A stretch of 64,000 nt of DNA from Gammaproteobacteria bacterium (GCA_963662545.2 CAXXLL010000002.1:2080001-2144000); one strand, 5' to 3'; shown: positions 11,669-22,527, numbered from the stretch's first letter. The notes: generated from the sequence alone by a model not told the origin. Translations and numbers: made by a program.

Positions 11669-11828
11669 TCGGAATAAGGCTGAGCGCCTATCATGCGCAA
11701 TAGAATTTTTTGAGCGCGACCTCCCTGTGTCAAGATGGATGGCCGCGTTATATCTCTCGACGATACGAAGATCAATGGTGATATCCGCAGATGCGATTGA
11801 ATACTAATGTTGTTCCTTAACCTGAGCA

Positions 11829-12608
11829 CTACTTCGTTAAAACCATAAGCGAATAGCCCCCTAACAATCTTACGGTAATATCTTTATTCAGAAGATAACA
11901 AAACTTAATGGGGTACCTCACCAATTTGGTTTTCCAATTCTGCAAGGGTATGTCTAAAGAGTTTGTATAACGATAATCTATAATGCTGTAGCCGCAATCC
12001 TTGAGGAGTTCTAACGCTAATTCCTTAGTAAAATAATGAATATGACCCAACTTTTTCCGGCTACGAAGTAGCGGGTAGGAGCGCAAAACCTTCTGAACCG
12101 ATAGATCTAAGGGTATATGAAAGAGTTTATACTCACCTTTATCCTTTAGCTTCCTGAGAAAACTAAAACAGTCTTCTACATGTTCGAAGACATCAATCGA
12201 CAAGACCAAATCAAACTTGTTCACATCTTCGTTAAGAAGATCCGCGTTATAAAAGGTTAAATTCTCTCGTTCCTTTTTCTGGGCGCATAACTCGTATGCC
12301 TGAGGAGAGATTTCATAGCCATAAAACTCCTTGCCTGAGGAGAGATTTCATAGCCATAAAACTCCTTATCAGTAAGTGCCGGATAACTCATAGAGTATGC
12401 CGCCCGCACCACAGCCGATTTCACATATTGTGTTTAAGCGCAAAGAACTATTTTCCAAGATGTCCCTTATTTTTTCTGCTTTCCACGGAGAGTCTTCGCC
12501 ATGCCAAGACGGGTTATTTTTCAGATAAGCTCCACTCGTATATATATCGTTCACTGTGCACACTGCCTCTACTGAAGAGGAAAAATATTTATGGATAATA
12601 GATCTCAA
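11829..12608 (-). pseudogene. class I SAM-dependent methyltransferase, disrupted
   Basis: 5' part has EIGCGAG and 3' part has DVFEHVED; the two are in one frame but separated by stops within a 35-bp tandem duplication region. Confidence 0.8.
12297..12366. repeat. perfect 35-bp tandem duplication
   Basis: tgcctgaggagagatttcatagccataaaactcct at 12297-12331 and 12332-12366. Confidence 0.95.
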
Positions 12609-12668
12609 GAAACAAGCGATAATTTACGCGGCACCGTCGTCCCCAAAACGATCGGTTGTTCTTAGGAC

Positions 12669-13568
12669 CTAATGAATAGTCGTTGGACGGACGATAATGA
12701 CCGAGAATAATTTTTTCAGGGCGCGATAGGTCTGTAGCATTACGACCTTTCGAAAGACAATTACGAGATAGACGGTTACCGCCAATGATTTTCGGCGAAT
12801 ACTCGAACATTGAGAATACGTGTTGTTTTCGCGAGCAATATCGCTAAATGCCTCTGCCGCAGCAGCTAAATAAGGAAGGTATAAGAATATTTTCCGCAGT
12901 TTAAATTTTCGCGCGTAGTCTCGCAATTCACTCGATTCGCCTTTAGCTTCGCGATGGATATAAGTCTCGTTTAGCGTGGCTATTTTCCCTCGGTACGCAA
13001 TCGTTGCCAAGAACTGCCAATCTGCGCTAATTTGACGATCGGACATCTCCACCGCAGTAACCACTTCGGCGCGATAGAGCCCATAAAAAACACTATTGTC
13101 GGCAACCGTGGCGTAATAATTCAGTACACGATACAAAGGTGACGCATTCCGTACGTTAATTGCCCGTGTAATACCGATTGCAACCCCCTGATCGTAAATC
13201 TTGCATCTCCCCGCAACCATGACAAGGGCCGGGTCGGAGGCCAGCCTCGATACACTCTCACTAACCAAATTTCTATCCAGCCAGTCGTCGTCCGCAAGCC
13301 ACATTCGATATGTTCCCGTAGCTCGTCTGATACAGTCATGCAGATTTGATACTAAACCGACATTGTAATTTTGACGTATGTAATGAACACGAGAGTCTGA
13401 TTGCAAATACTCGTGAGCGAGTCGTTCAGTCTCGTCTGTTGATGCGTTATCCGAAATCATTATTTCAAGATTTTTATAATCTTGACGAATTGCGCTTTCG
13501 ATCGCACGACCAAGTGAATGAGCACGGTTGTAGGTCGGGATGCAAATACTGACAAGTGGATGGGTCAA
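12669..13568 (-). CDS. glycosyltransferase family 2
   Basis: LVSICIPTYNR, SDNASTD and WLADDD motifs. Confidence 0.9.
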   Translation of the reverse strand: MTHPLVSICIPTYNRAHSLGRAIESAIRQDYKNLEIMISDNASTDETERLAHEYLQSDSRVHYIRQNYNVGLVSNLHDCIRRATGTYRMWLADDDWLDRNLVSESVSRLASDPALVMVAGRCKIYDQGVAIGITRAINVRNASPLYRVLNYYATVADNSVFYGLYRAEVVTAVEMSDRQISADWQFLATIAYRGKIATLNETYIHREAKGESSELRDYARKFKLRKIFLYLPYLAAAAEAFSDIARENNTYSQCSSIRRKSLAVTVYLVIVFRKVVMLQTYRALKKLFSVIIVRPTTIH

Positions 13569-13795
13569 CTTTACTACTCTTAACCGTAACTGATTTCCGA
13601 TTCCCGTTTTTAAAGCAGCGCTCTAAATACGAAGCAACTATCCGATGACTCTTGCCGGTATCACAAAATCGTTTACATATGAATTCATTTGCTTAATGGA
13701 AATGAATGCAATTCCAATTCCTTCCTTATGCAACCCTTTCATAAGTATTTGAGGCTCGCAGCCTACGCAAGCGACAAACAGAAGAGTTGCTCTTA

Positions 13796-15304
13796 TTAGA
13801 AGCGATGCCGCGCCGTTAACTCCACCAATTTACTACGTCCAAGTGGCGTAGAAATGATACTCGTCCCGATTGCGAGGATTGATGCGCCGATTAATACAAG
13901 AATATTTCGACCATTATTAGCAAATTCCGGCAGCCCCACCCACCAACGAAATCCGGTGCAAATGCATAGTACTAACGCGAGTGGGATTATCACAGCGTGG
14001 AGAAACCATCGGGCCTGTTCACCGACCAGATACTTTCTATGCATTAGCGAAACACCAACTAATATATAAATGGAATTTAACAAAATCCAGATGTAAGCCG
14101 CGCCGACCATCCCATATATGGAGATACACCAGTACATCAGCGGCACTAGTGTTAATACGGCAACCGAATTTAAAGTCACCATTAAACGAGTATATCCGTA
14201 CGCGAGTTGCAACGCGGAAGGCAAACTCACTATTCCGTTTAGTACTGTACCGAACGCGAAGATCGTCAAGATGTTTGCACTCGAAATTGCGATTACTTCG
14301 TTTTGCGTCCAAAGCATTAAGAGCTCAATCGAAAAGACGGATATAACGACGCCAGCGGGTACCAATACATTCGCCAGAACCTGAGCCAATTTGTGATAAC
14401 TTTGTCTCAGTAGCAATATTTCGTTTTTTGCTATGAGTTCTGTCATACGAGGATATGCGCCATTTACGATTGGACTCGTAAGAGAAGTCAACGCGCTGCA
14501 AACCGATGTTGCGAGGGTGTAATACCCCAAAAAGCGCAACGGTAACATCAGCGCGATCAATATCTTGTCCGCTTGCGTCAGTATCGTCGCTAGCGCATTG
14601 ATGCAGAACACACCAAACGCGAAATTCCACACGCCCTTCAAAACATCAAAATCAAATGCGATTCTTTGGTCCGGTCGCGGAATTAGCTTATAGGTTTTTC
14701 TGGCGATGACCGCGAATTCTACAACCGCCGTTAAGGCCTGAAAAAAGAAAAACGCTTCTGGCGTCGATGACACCAAAACAATAACCGGAATAACGCCAAG
14801 GCCACGCACGGTGGCGAAAAACGCTATTGTCTTATTCAACCAAACCTGTTCTTGCAACCCCATAATCGCGCCTTTGTATAAGGTCATGAACCAACGGGTG
14901 GCGATTATGACCCCTATAATCTCGATCGTTCTTTCGACCGATAACGCGGACAAATCCTCCACGCTTAGCCAAGATTCGCTCAGAGGTTTTGCAAGTAGGA
15001 AGGATGCGAGGATGACAGCGATTAAGACAACGATGTAAAGGCACTCAAGCGTGCGCAATAAACGACGAGCCGCGACGTAATCATGTTCGCCTGCTTTATA
15101 GCGGGCCATTTCTCGATTCAACGTGGGTGTCATACCAAGATCTAACAACGCAATCCAAGCTTGCATTGCGAGGTAGACGCCAATTAGTCCATACGCTTCA
15201 ACACCTAGATAATTGATATAGACGGGTACAAACGCGATACCCATCAATATAGTCCACGTTCCTCCAATATAATTGGCTATGACATTTTGTTTAAGGGTCG
15301 GCAT
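13796..15304 (-). CDS. Wzx-type oligosaccharide flippase
   Basis: Multi-TM 502 aa; LGVEAYGLIG, LLDLG and TQADKILI patterns; next to glycosyltransferases. Confidence 0.85.
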   Translation of the reverse strand: MPTLKQNVIANYIGGTWTILMGIAFVPVYINYLGVEAYGLIGVYLAMQAWIALLDLGMTPTLNREMARYKAGEHDYVAARRLLRTLECLYIVVLIAVILASFLLAKPLSESWLSVEDLSALSVERTIEIIGVIIATRWFMTLYKGAIMGLQEQVWLNKTIAFFATVRGLGVIPVIVLVSSTPEAFFFFQALTAVVEFAVIARKTYKLIPRPDQRIAFDFDVLKGVWNFAFGVFCINALATILTQADKILIALMLPLRFLGYYTLATSVCSALTSLTSPIVNGAYPRMTELIAKNEILLLRQSYHKLAQVLANVLVPAGVVISVFSIELLMLWTQNEVIAISSANILTIFAFGTVLNGIVSLPSALQLAYGYTRLMVTLNSVAVLTLVPLMYWCISIYGMVGAAYIWILLNSIYILVGVSLMHRKYLVGEQARWFLHAVIIPLALVLCICTGFRWWVGLPEFANNGRNILVLIGASILAIGTSIISTPLGRSKLVELTARHRF

Positions 15305-15735
15305 TAAACTCGCAAATTCAATTTAGATATTCCGGCGGAGCTGCCGAAACTAAAAGTCTATCGTCGATCGCATTATCATTATTCCGTTTGAGGACATTGC
15401 CGTCAGCCGGCGCTGTGTTGCCAATATCGAGGCGCTCTCGATACTCGAGCATCGCGGTCTTTGCGCTATTACGCGGCCAGAAGCTTACCGTGACGGCCCT
15501 CACCCATCATCAATGCGATGCCATTGCTCGTCAACTTAACAAACGACCAAGAGAGATACTTGGGATCAATACTCCGCAGGGATGTTATGCCTTACGATAA
15601 CTACCGATGTTGCATTTCACTTGGAACTCTAAGGGGGAGGGAGGAAAGGTCGTTTATGGACAAACACTCGCTAAGGTCTTCAACGGCGTTTAGTTACCTG
15701 ATTATGGCGTCCTACATTAAACCTACGGTCGCGGA

Positions 15736-16380
15736 TTGACAGCAATCATGCACCCGTTATTGCCCGGTGATATTGACACCTATATCCGAGATACTGTTCG
15801 CTTTTACCAGGAGAACGCCGAGGAGTACTGGGAGGGAACGCGACACCACGACGTAAGTCAGAACCGAGATGCTCTTATTCGCCACATCGAGAGCGAGCCA
15901 CCGTTTCGGATCCTCGACCTTGGCTGTGGGCCGGGGCGCGACCTACGGGCTTTTTATGAGATGGGACATGAGCCCACCGGGCTGGACGCGGCGGCTAAGA
16001 TATGTGAGATGGCGCGCGTATGGTCGGGCTGTGAGGTATGGCAGCAGAACTTTCTTGATCTTGACCTCCCTGACGGCGCTTTCGACGGTATCTTTGCGAA
16101 TGCCTCGCTCTTCCATGTTCCCTCACGAGACATTGAGCGTGTCCTTGCCGATCTGATGCGTACGCTCAAGCCGGCGGGCGTGCTGCTGGCCTCCAACCCG
16201 CGCGGACAAAACCAGGAGGCATGGCAGGGCGACCGTTTCGGCGCGTTCTACGACCTGGACCGTTGGAGCAAGTGGGTAACCGCCGCCGGCTTCGAAACAC
16301 TTGAGCACTACTACCGTCCTCCCGGGCGCCCGCGACACCAGCAACCCTGGCTCGTCACGATTTGGCGCAAACACTTCTGA
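15736..16380 (+). CDS. class I SAM-dependent methyltransferase
   Basis: ILDLGCGPGRD and FDGIFANASLFHVP motifs. Confidence 0.88.
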   Translation: MTAIMHPLLPGDIDTYIRDTVRFYQENAEEYWEGTRHHDVSQNRDALIRHIESEPPFRILDLGCGPGRDLRAFYEMGHEPTGLDAAAKICEMARVWSGCEVWQQNFLDLDLPDGAFDGIFANASLFHVPSRDIERVLADLMRTLKPAGVLLASNPRGQNQEAWQGDRFGAFYDLDRWSKWVTAAGFETLEHYYRPPGRPRHQQPWLVTIWRKHF

Positions 16381-16401
16381 ACCAGATAGGTGTGGCTTCA
16401 A

Positions 16402-17529
16402 TCACCGTATCTTGATCAGACCTTTGACTAGGATGTGCAGCGCCTTTGCATTGAAAGCCGGCAGGAAGTGATCGATGTAGGGCATGGCCGCCCGCATCCC
16501 CGCGGCGCGTACCGTAAACGTCGTCGCGCCGTACATCGGATTGATCCAGACGAGCGTGCGTATGCGCCTGCGGGCCGACTCGAGTTCGCGCTCGATGCGT
16601 TGGGTCTCACCATTGTCGTAGCCGTCACTAATTACGATCAGCACGGTCGAGCGCGACGTGCCTTCGCGCAAGACGGTGCGGTTGAGTTCGCCGAGCGCCG
16701 CCCCGATATCCGTCCCGCCCGACCAGTGACGTACCGTACGCGAGATTTCCTCGAGGGTTTCTTCAATGTTGCGCCGGCGGAGCATCGCGCTGATTTCACT
16801 GACCCGCGTACTGAATACGAAGGTGCGCGAGTTTCTCAAAGTCTGCTGCAGTCCGAACATGAGTTGCAGCAGAAAGGGATTGAACACGTCCATCGAACCG
16901 CTGACGTCACAGAGCATGACGATGCGCGTCTTGCGGACCTTGCTGACGACGCGCGACAGCTCTACCAGTTCGAGCCCGTGGCGGATATTGCGTCGCACGG
17001 AGCGCCTCAAGTCGATGCGGCGCCCGTGACTGGCGGGATGCGTGCGGCGCGAAGGACGCGTGGCGAGGCGCCGGGCGAGTTCGCGGATGACCTTTTCCAG
17101 CGGCGGCGCGTCGCTGTCCCAGCGCATGAGCAGATTGGAACTGCGAGTGACTTCTTCGCCGGCGAAGGAGGCGGCCTCGGTCAGCATGTCGCGGTGGCCT
17201 TCGCGGCTGCGGCCCGCATCGAGTGATCCCCGGATCATTTCGGATCTCGCGAGGATGGTATCACCGCTTTCCGGCTCCGCCGGCTCGCCCCAGTAGGTGT
17301 CGAAGACGCGATCGAAGAGGATCTCATCCGCGCGGCCGGAGGCAAGATTAGTACGCAAGACCAGGCGGTAATCGCCAGCGTCGTGCCAATCGATCGATTT
17401 CAGCGCACGGAAGATATCGATCTCGCGCGCAGGGGTCACGGCCAGGCCCGCCGCGCGCGCCGTCTGGCAGAGTGCCAAGGTGTGGCGGACCAGGGATTCG
17501 GCGCTGGTGACGGGAGACGGCGACGCCAT
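16402..17529 (-). CDS. VWA-domain CoxE-like protein
   Basis: MIDAS motif CDVSGSM, SGGTDIG and ISDG; WINP. Confidence 0.87.
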   Translation of the reverse strand: MASPSPVTSAESLVRHTLALCQTARAAGLAVTPAREIDIFRALKSIDWHDAGDYRLVLRTNLASGRADEILFDRVFDTYWGEPAEPESGDTILARSEMIRGSLDAGRSREGHRDMLTEAASFAGEEVTRSSNLLMRWDSDAPPLEKVIRELARRLATRPSRRTHPASHGRRIDLRRSVRRNIRHGLELVELSRVVSKVRKTRIVMLCDVSGSMDVFNPFLLQLMFGLQQTLRNSRTFVFSTRVSEISAMLRRRNIEETLEEISRTVRHWSGGTDIGAALGELNRTVLREGTSRSTVLIVISDGYDNGETQRIERELESARRRIRTLVWINPMYGATTFTVRAAGMRAAMPYIDHFLPAFNAKALHILVKGLIKIR

Positions 17530-17539
17530 GGGACGCCGT

Positions 17540-18463
17540 TCAGTCCTGCATTTCGACCGTGCGCCCTGCGATCAAGGCGTCGAGATCGAGCTTATCGAGC
17601 TTGAGGACGTCGTCGTGATACTTGAGCACGACGCCCGCAGTCTCGCGCACGACCTCGGGCACGATTTCAGTGATATCGAGGCCGAGCAGGGCGCGAGCCC
17701 AATCGAGAGATTCGGCGACGCCCGGTCGCTTGTAAAAATCGACCGCTCGTAATCCGCCCATCACCGTGGCCACGGCGCGCGCGAGTTCCGCCTCGATTCC
17801 CGGCACGCGACGTAAGATGATCTCGCGCTCCTTCTCAGGCGTCGGATAGTCGATCCAGAGGTAAAGGCAACGCCGCTTGAGCGCGTCGTTCAATTCACGG
17901 GTGCGATTGGAAGTCAAAACGACGCAGGGCGGCTGCTCGGCGGTGAAGGTCCCGAGTTCCGGTATGGTGACCTGGAAATCAGACAGGATCTCGAGCAGAA
18001 AGGCCTCGAATTCCTCGTCCGCTCGATCGATTTCGTCGATCAACAGCACTGCGGGCCGCGGACCCGGGTGGCGGATCGCTTGCAGCAGCGGCCGGTCGAA
18101 CAGGAAGGCTTCGCCGAAGATGGAATCCTCCAGGCCTTCGCGGCGTGAGGCATCCGCCTCGGCCAGCCTGATCTGCAGGATCTGGCGCGCATAATTCCAC
18201 TCGTAGAGCGTGGAGCTGGCATCCAGGCCTTCGTAGCATTGCAGCCGGATCAGGGGCGTATCGAGAACCTTGGCGAGCACCTTGGCGACCTCGGTCTTGC
18301 CGACGCCCGCTTCGCCTTCGAGCAAGACCGGCTTTTGCAGGTCGAAAGCGAGCTTGGTCGTCAGGCACAGCGGCCGATCGGCAACGTAGTCAGCACCGTC
18401 GAAAAGCCGTTCGACGTCCTCGACCTGCGAGAAGGGGTGCTGCCAGCCGATGCTATCGCTCAT
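17540..18463 (-). CDS. MoxR family AAA+ ATPase (CoxD-like)
   Basis: GEAGVGKT, RLQCYEGLD, LLIDEIDRAD and DALKRRC motifs. Confidence 0.9.
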   Translation of the reverse strand: MSDSIGWQHPFSQVEDVERLFDGADYVADRPLCLTTKLAFDLQKPVLLEGEAGVGKTEVAKVLAKVLDTPLIRLQCYEGLDASSTLYEWNYARQILQIRLAEADASRREGLEDSIFGEAFLFDRPLLQAIRHPGPRPAVLLIDEIDRADEEFEAFLLEILSDFQVTIPELGTFTAEQPPCVVLTSNRTRELNDALKRRCLYLWIDYPTPEKEREIILRRVPGIEAELARAVATVMGGLRAVDFYKRPGVAESLDWARALLGLDITEIVPEVVRETAGVVLKYHDDVLKLDKLDLDALIAGRTVEMQD

Positions 18464-18584
18464 TTTTTCCGATGACCTTGTCGAATAGAATGCGCGTCGC
18501 ACCGGCGATGTGCCGGCTGCCGATCGGCGCGCCGGTATTCTACCGAAACGCGCCCGGCCCACCGTACTGGAACCCCGCAAATCC

Positions 18585-18953
18585 ATGCATCCGACAAAAC
18601 ATACCCTGCCGATCACCCGGCTTTACACCGGTCGCGACGGTCAGTCCCATTTTGAGGACATCGAGGTCGAGCTCGACGATCACGGCAACATCGGCCAACT
18701 ATCGGCGCCGCGGCCCGCCACCGGCCTCATCTTCCGCCACACCGATGGCGACTACCATTACGACTGGCATAACGCCCCCCAGCGCCAGTACATTGTGATC
18801 CTGGAAGGCGGCCTCGAAATCGAGGTCGGCGATGGCACGCGCAGGGTTTTCACGGCCGGCGACATCGTTCTTGCGGAAGATCTAGAGGGTCAGGGCCACG
18901 TCAGCCGCGCACTCGATGGGAAACCCAGAAAATCGATTTTTATAACGATATAA
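18585..18953 (+). CDS. cupin-domain protein
   Basis: LYTGRDGQSHFED, WHNAPQRQY and ED..GQGH motifs. Confidence 0.8.
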   Translation: MHPTKHTLPITRLYTGRDGQSHFEDIEVELDDHGNIGQLSAPRPATGLIFRHTDGDYHYDWHNAPQRQYIVILEGGLEIEVGDGTRRVFTAGDIVLAEDLEGQGHVSRALDGKPRKSIFITI

Positions 18954-18986
18954 ATCAATAAATTATAATATAAATGGAGAATTTAC

Positions 18987-19982
18987 ATGAGTACTAACTT
19001 CAACGCCATTGTGGCCGAGCAAAGCGAAGGCGGCGAGTTTTCCGCAGGATTGAAGACCCTCGAGATCGCCGATCTGCCGAACGAGCCAGTACTCGTCGAT
19101 ATCGATTACTCGACGGTGAATTACAAGGACGGGCTCGCCGTCACCAACACCTTCCCCATCTGCCAGAAATTTCCAATGGTCTGCGGCATCGATCTGGCTG
19201 GCACAGTGGTCGAATCTTCATCTCCGGCCTGGCAACCCGGCGACCGCGTGCTCGCGAACGGCTACGGCCTTTCTGAACGGCATTGGGGCGCTTATGCGCA
19301 GAAGCAGCGCGTGAATCCGGATTTTCTGGTGCGTCTGCCCGACGCTTTTACTTCCGAACAGGCGATGGCGCTGGGCACCGCGGGTTACACAGCGATGCTC
19401 TGTGTGAACGCGATCCGGGACCACGGCACCCAAACCGACGACGGACCGGTGTTGGTAACCGGGAGCGCCGGTGGCGTCGGCTCGGTCGCCATCATGCTCC
19501 TCGCCAAGCTCGGCTACGAAGTCGTTGCCAGTACGGGCCGGCCCGAAACCGCCTCCTATCTCAAGGAGTTAGGGGCGAACGAGATCATCGAGCGCAGCGC
19601 ACTGGCACGAGAATGCAAGCCGCTGGAAAAAGAAACCTGGGCCGCCACGGTTGACAGTGTCGGCTCAACGACCCTGGCTACCGCGCTGGCACAGACCCGC
19701 TACCGTGGGATCGCGGCGGTCTGCGGCCTCGCAGGCGGTATGGACCTGCCGACCGGAGTCATGCCGTTCATCCTGCGCAACGTCACGCTCCAGGGCTGCG
19801 ACTCGGTCATGGCGCCGATGGCCGTACGCGAGCGCGCCTGGAACGACTTAGCAGACCTCATTGATCCCGCGCGCTTAGAGGGCGTCTATGCAGTCGAACC
19901 TCTAGCCCGGGTGCCGGATCTCGCGGCGGCGATCCTGCGCGGTGAGATCAAGGGCCGCGTGGTCATCGACGTCAATGCTTGA
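18987..19982 (+). CDS. acuI: acrylyl-CoA reductase AcuI/YhdH family
   Basis: YSTVNYKDGL, GIDLAGTV, GTAGYTAML and PFILRNV motifs. Confidence 0.85.
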   Translation: MSTNFNAIVAEQSEGGEFSAGLKTLEIADLPNEPVLVDIDYSTVNYKDGLAVTNTFPICQKFPMVCGIDLAGTVVESSSPAWQPGDRVLANGYGLSERHWGAYAQKQRVNPDFLVRLPDAFTSEQAMALGTAGYTAMLCVNAIRDHGTQTDDGPVLVTGSAGGVGSVAIMLLAKLGYEVVASTGRPETASYLKELGANEIIERSALARECKPLEKETWAATVDSVGSTTLATALAQTRYRGIAAVCGLAGGMDLPTGVMPFILRNVTLQGCDSVMAPMAVRERAWNDLADLIDPARLEGVYAVEPLARVPDLAAAILRGEIKGRVVIDVNA

Positions 19983-20369
19983 CGCAGTGCGTCATGGCCT
20001 GAATTCAAGCTACCGCTAGGTAGTCAGTGGCACGACATAGGGTGTCGCATTTCTTATATTTTAATTTAAATATATTTCATAACTATATGTAATTATTTAA
20101 CATAAAAATGCGAAACTGCGATGAATTCAGAAATTCCTAAGGGCCGGTCGTAGAGAAGGGGATCAACGTCGCAGTCGGTCTCCGCGATCCGGGCTGGCCG
20201 TGTCGACAGGCCTTGGCGATAACGGCGACGAGCCGGCGAGCCCCCTTTGAAAGCGCACTTATCGGCTATAATCCGCCGCCTGTTTGCACCGGGATCCGCG
20301 TAATTTCGCGAGCGGCTGCTACCCGTCCAGGCACCAGCCTACAAAAACCAAAATGAAAGGAAAAAACCC

Positions 20370-22475
20370 ATGGGAGACGTAGTCAGCTACCGTCGCGAAG
20401 ACGATATCGCCACTATCACCATCAACAATCCACCCGTCAACGCGCTGTCGCTGCCCGTCCGCAAGGGGATCCAGGATGCGGTCCGACAGTTTTCCACCGA
20501 CGTCGAAGCCCGTGCGGCCATTCTGATCTGCGACGGGCGTACGTTCATCGCCGGCGCCGACATTACCGAATTCGACAAACCCCGTCAGGACCCCTGGCTG
20601 CCGGAGCTCATCCAGGAGATGGAAGCCTGCGAGAAGATCATCGTCGCCGCGATCCACGGTACGGCGCTCGGCGGCGGCCTCGAAACCGCCATGGCCTGCC
20701 ATTACCGCTGCGCCGTCGCGTCGGCCAGGGTCGGCCTGCCCGAGGTGACTCTGGGCCTCCTGCCGGGCGCCTCCGGCACGCAGCGCCTGCCGCGCCTGAT
20801 CGGATTGAAAGACGCACTGGATGCGATGGTGACCGGCAAGCCGATGTCCGCCAAGACCGCCTGCGAACGCGGCGCCATCGATCACCTGGTGGACGGCGAT
20901 GACCTCCTGGCGGGCGCGAGGGCCTACACGGAGGCGATGCTGGCAGAGGGTGCGAAACCGCGCCACGTGAGCGAAATGGCTATTGATTCGAGCGCGATTG
21001 AACCCGGTTTCTTCGACGACTACCGGAAATCGATCGCCCGGCAGACCCGTGGCTTCTTCGCGCCCGAGCAAATCATCAAATGCGTCGAGGCGGCAGTTTC
21101 CATGCCCTATAACGATGCGGTGAAGCGCGAGGGCGAACTCTTCATGGAATGCATGGCGTCCAGTCACTCGGCCGCGCAACGCCATCTGTTCTTCGCGGAG
21201 CGCACCGCGAACAAGGTCCCGGACGTACCCAAGGACACGCCTTTACGTGAGATCAAAAAAGTTGCGGTCCTCGGCGGCGGCACCATGGGCGGCGGCATCG
21301 CGATGAATTTTGCCAACGTCGGCATTCAGGTGGTGATGAAGGAGATCAATTCCGAAGCACTCGACCGCGGCCTCGAGATCATCCGCGGTAATTACGAGAA
21401 CACCGTTAAGAAGGGCCGCATGAGCGAAGCCCAGCGCGACGCGTGTATGGGGCTCATCTCGGGCGTGGTGGAATACGACGACATCGCCGACGCCGATCTC
21501 ATCGTCGAGGCCGTCTTCGAGAACATGGATCTCAAGAAAGAGATCTTCGGCGAGCTCGACAAGGTCGCCAAGCCCGGCGCGATCCTCGCATCCAATACCT
21601 CGACCTTGGACATCGACGAGATTGCGGCGGCCACCGGACGGCCCGAGGACGTCATCGGCTGGCATTTCTTCGCGCCCGCCAATGTCATGACCCTGCTTGA
21701 AATCGTCCGCGGCGCCAAGACCGCCAAGGACGTGATCGCGACCTCGATGGCCATGGCCAAGACCATCCGCAAGACCGCGGTGCTGGTCGGGGTGTGCTTC
21801 GGCTTCGTCGGCAACCGCATGTTCTTTCCCTACATCCGTGAAGCCCAGCGCATGCTGCTCGAGGGCGTACCGGCCGAACGCATCGACCAAGTGGCCTACG
21901 ACTGGGGCATGGCCATGGGACCGAACGCGGTGGCCGATCTCTCCGGCCTCGACGTCATGCAAAAGGTCAAGACGGAGTGGGGCGGCAAACCCGAGGATCC
22001 GTCGTTCTGGGTCATGGTCACGAAGCTCGTCGAGATGGGGCGCATGGGACAAAAAACCGGGGCCGGTATCTACAAGTACGAAGGTCGCAAGGCCGTGCCC
22101 GATCCGGAAGTCGCGGCGCTCGCCAAGGCCGAAGCCGAGGCAGCAGGGGTCCCGCAGATCGACGTGTCGGACGAGGAGATCATCGAGCGTTTGTTGTTCT
22201 CGATGATCAACGAAGGTGCCCTGATCCTCGAGGAAGGCGTCGCCATCCGCCCGAGCGATATCGATGTGGTGTTCGTGCACGGCTACGGCATGCCGCGCTA
22301 CCGCGGTGGCCCAATGCATTACGGCGATGCGGTCGGCTTGGACAAGGTGGTCGCCGCGATGGAGAAGTATCGTGCGCGCTATGGCGATCTATGGTGGACG
22401 CCGGCACCGCTGCTGGCGGAGCTTGCCGGATCGGGGAAATCCTTTGCGGAGTGGGCGGCGGGTCGCGAAGCTTGA
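20370..22475 (+). CDS. multifunctional enoyl-CoA hydratase / 3-hydroxyacyl-CoA dehydrogenase
   Basis: NPPVNAL and GGGLE crotonase domain; GGGTMG, EAVFE, SNTSTL, HFF and GFVGNR motifs. Confidence 0.92.
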   Translation: MGDVVSYRREDDIATITINNPPVNALSLPVRKGIQDAVRQFSTDVEARAAILICDGRTFIAGADITEFDKPRQDPWLPELIQEMEACEKIIVAAIHGTALGGGLETAMACHYRCAVASARVGLPEVTLGLLPGASGTQRLPRLIGLKDALDAMVTGKPMSAKTACERGAIDHLVDGDDLLAGARAYTEAMLAEGAKPRHVSEMAIDSSAIEPGFFDDYRKSIARQTRGFFAPEQIIKCVEAAVSMPYNDAVKREGELFMECMASSHSAAQRHLFFAERTANKVPDVPKDTPLREIKKVAVLGGGTMGGGIAMNFANVGIQVVMKEINSEALDRGLEIIRGNYENTVKKGRMSEAQRDACMGLISGVVEYDDIADADLIVEAVFENMDLKKEIFGELDKVAKPGAILASNTSTLDIDEIAAATGRPEDVIGWHFFAPANVMTLLEIVRGAKTAKDVIATSMAMAKTIRKTAVLVGVCFGFVGNRMFFPYIREAQRMLLEGVPAERIDQVAYDWGMAMGPNAVADLSGLDVMQKVKTEWGGKPEDPSFWVMVTKLVEMGRMGQKTGAGIYKYEGRKAVPDPEVAALAKAEAEAAGVPQIDVSDEEIIERLLFSMINEGALILEEGVAIRPSDIDVVFVHGYGMPRYRGGPMHYGDAVGLDKVVAAMEKYRARYGDLWWTPAPLLAELAGSGKSFAEWAAGREA

Positions 22476-22502
22476 GGTCCGGCCTCTTCGCCGCCAGGCT
22501 AA

Positions 22503-22527
22503 GGAACCTCTGAATTTCAGAGGTTCC
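22503..22527. repeat. 12-bp perfect palindrome matching the ends of the MITE at 44434
   Basis: GGAACCTCTGAA-T-TTCAGAGGTTCC between convergent genes. Confidence 0.8.

Noticed and set aside
20048-20063. sigma54 promoter TGGCACG upstream of the beta-oxidation gene
   Set aside because: The -12 GC element is missing (AGGGT)
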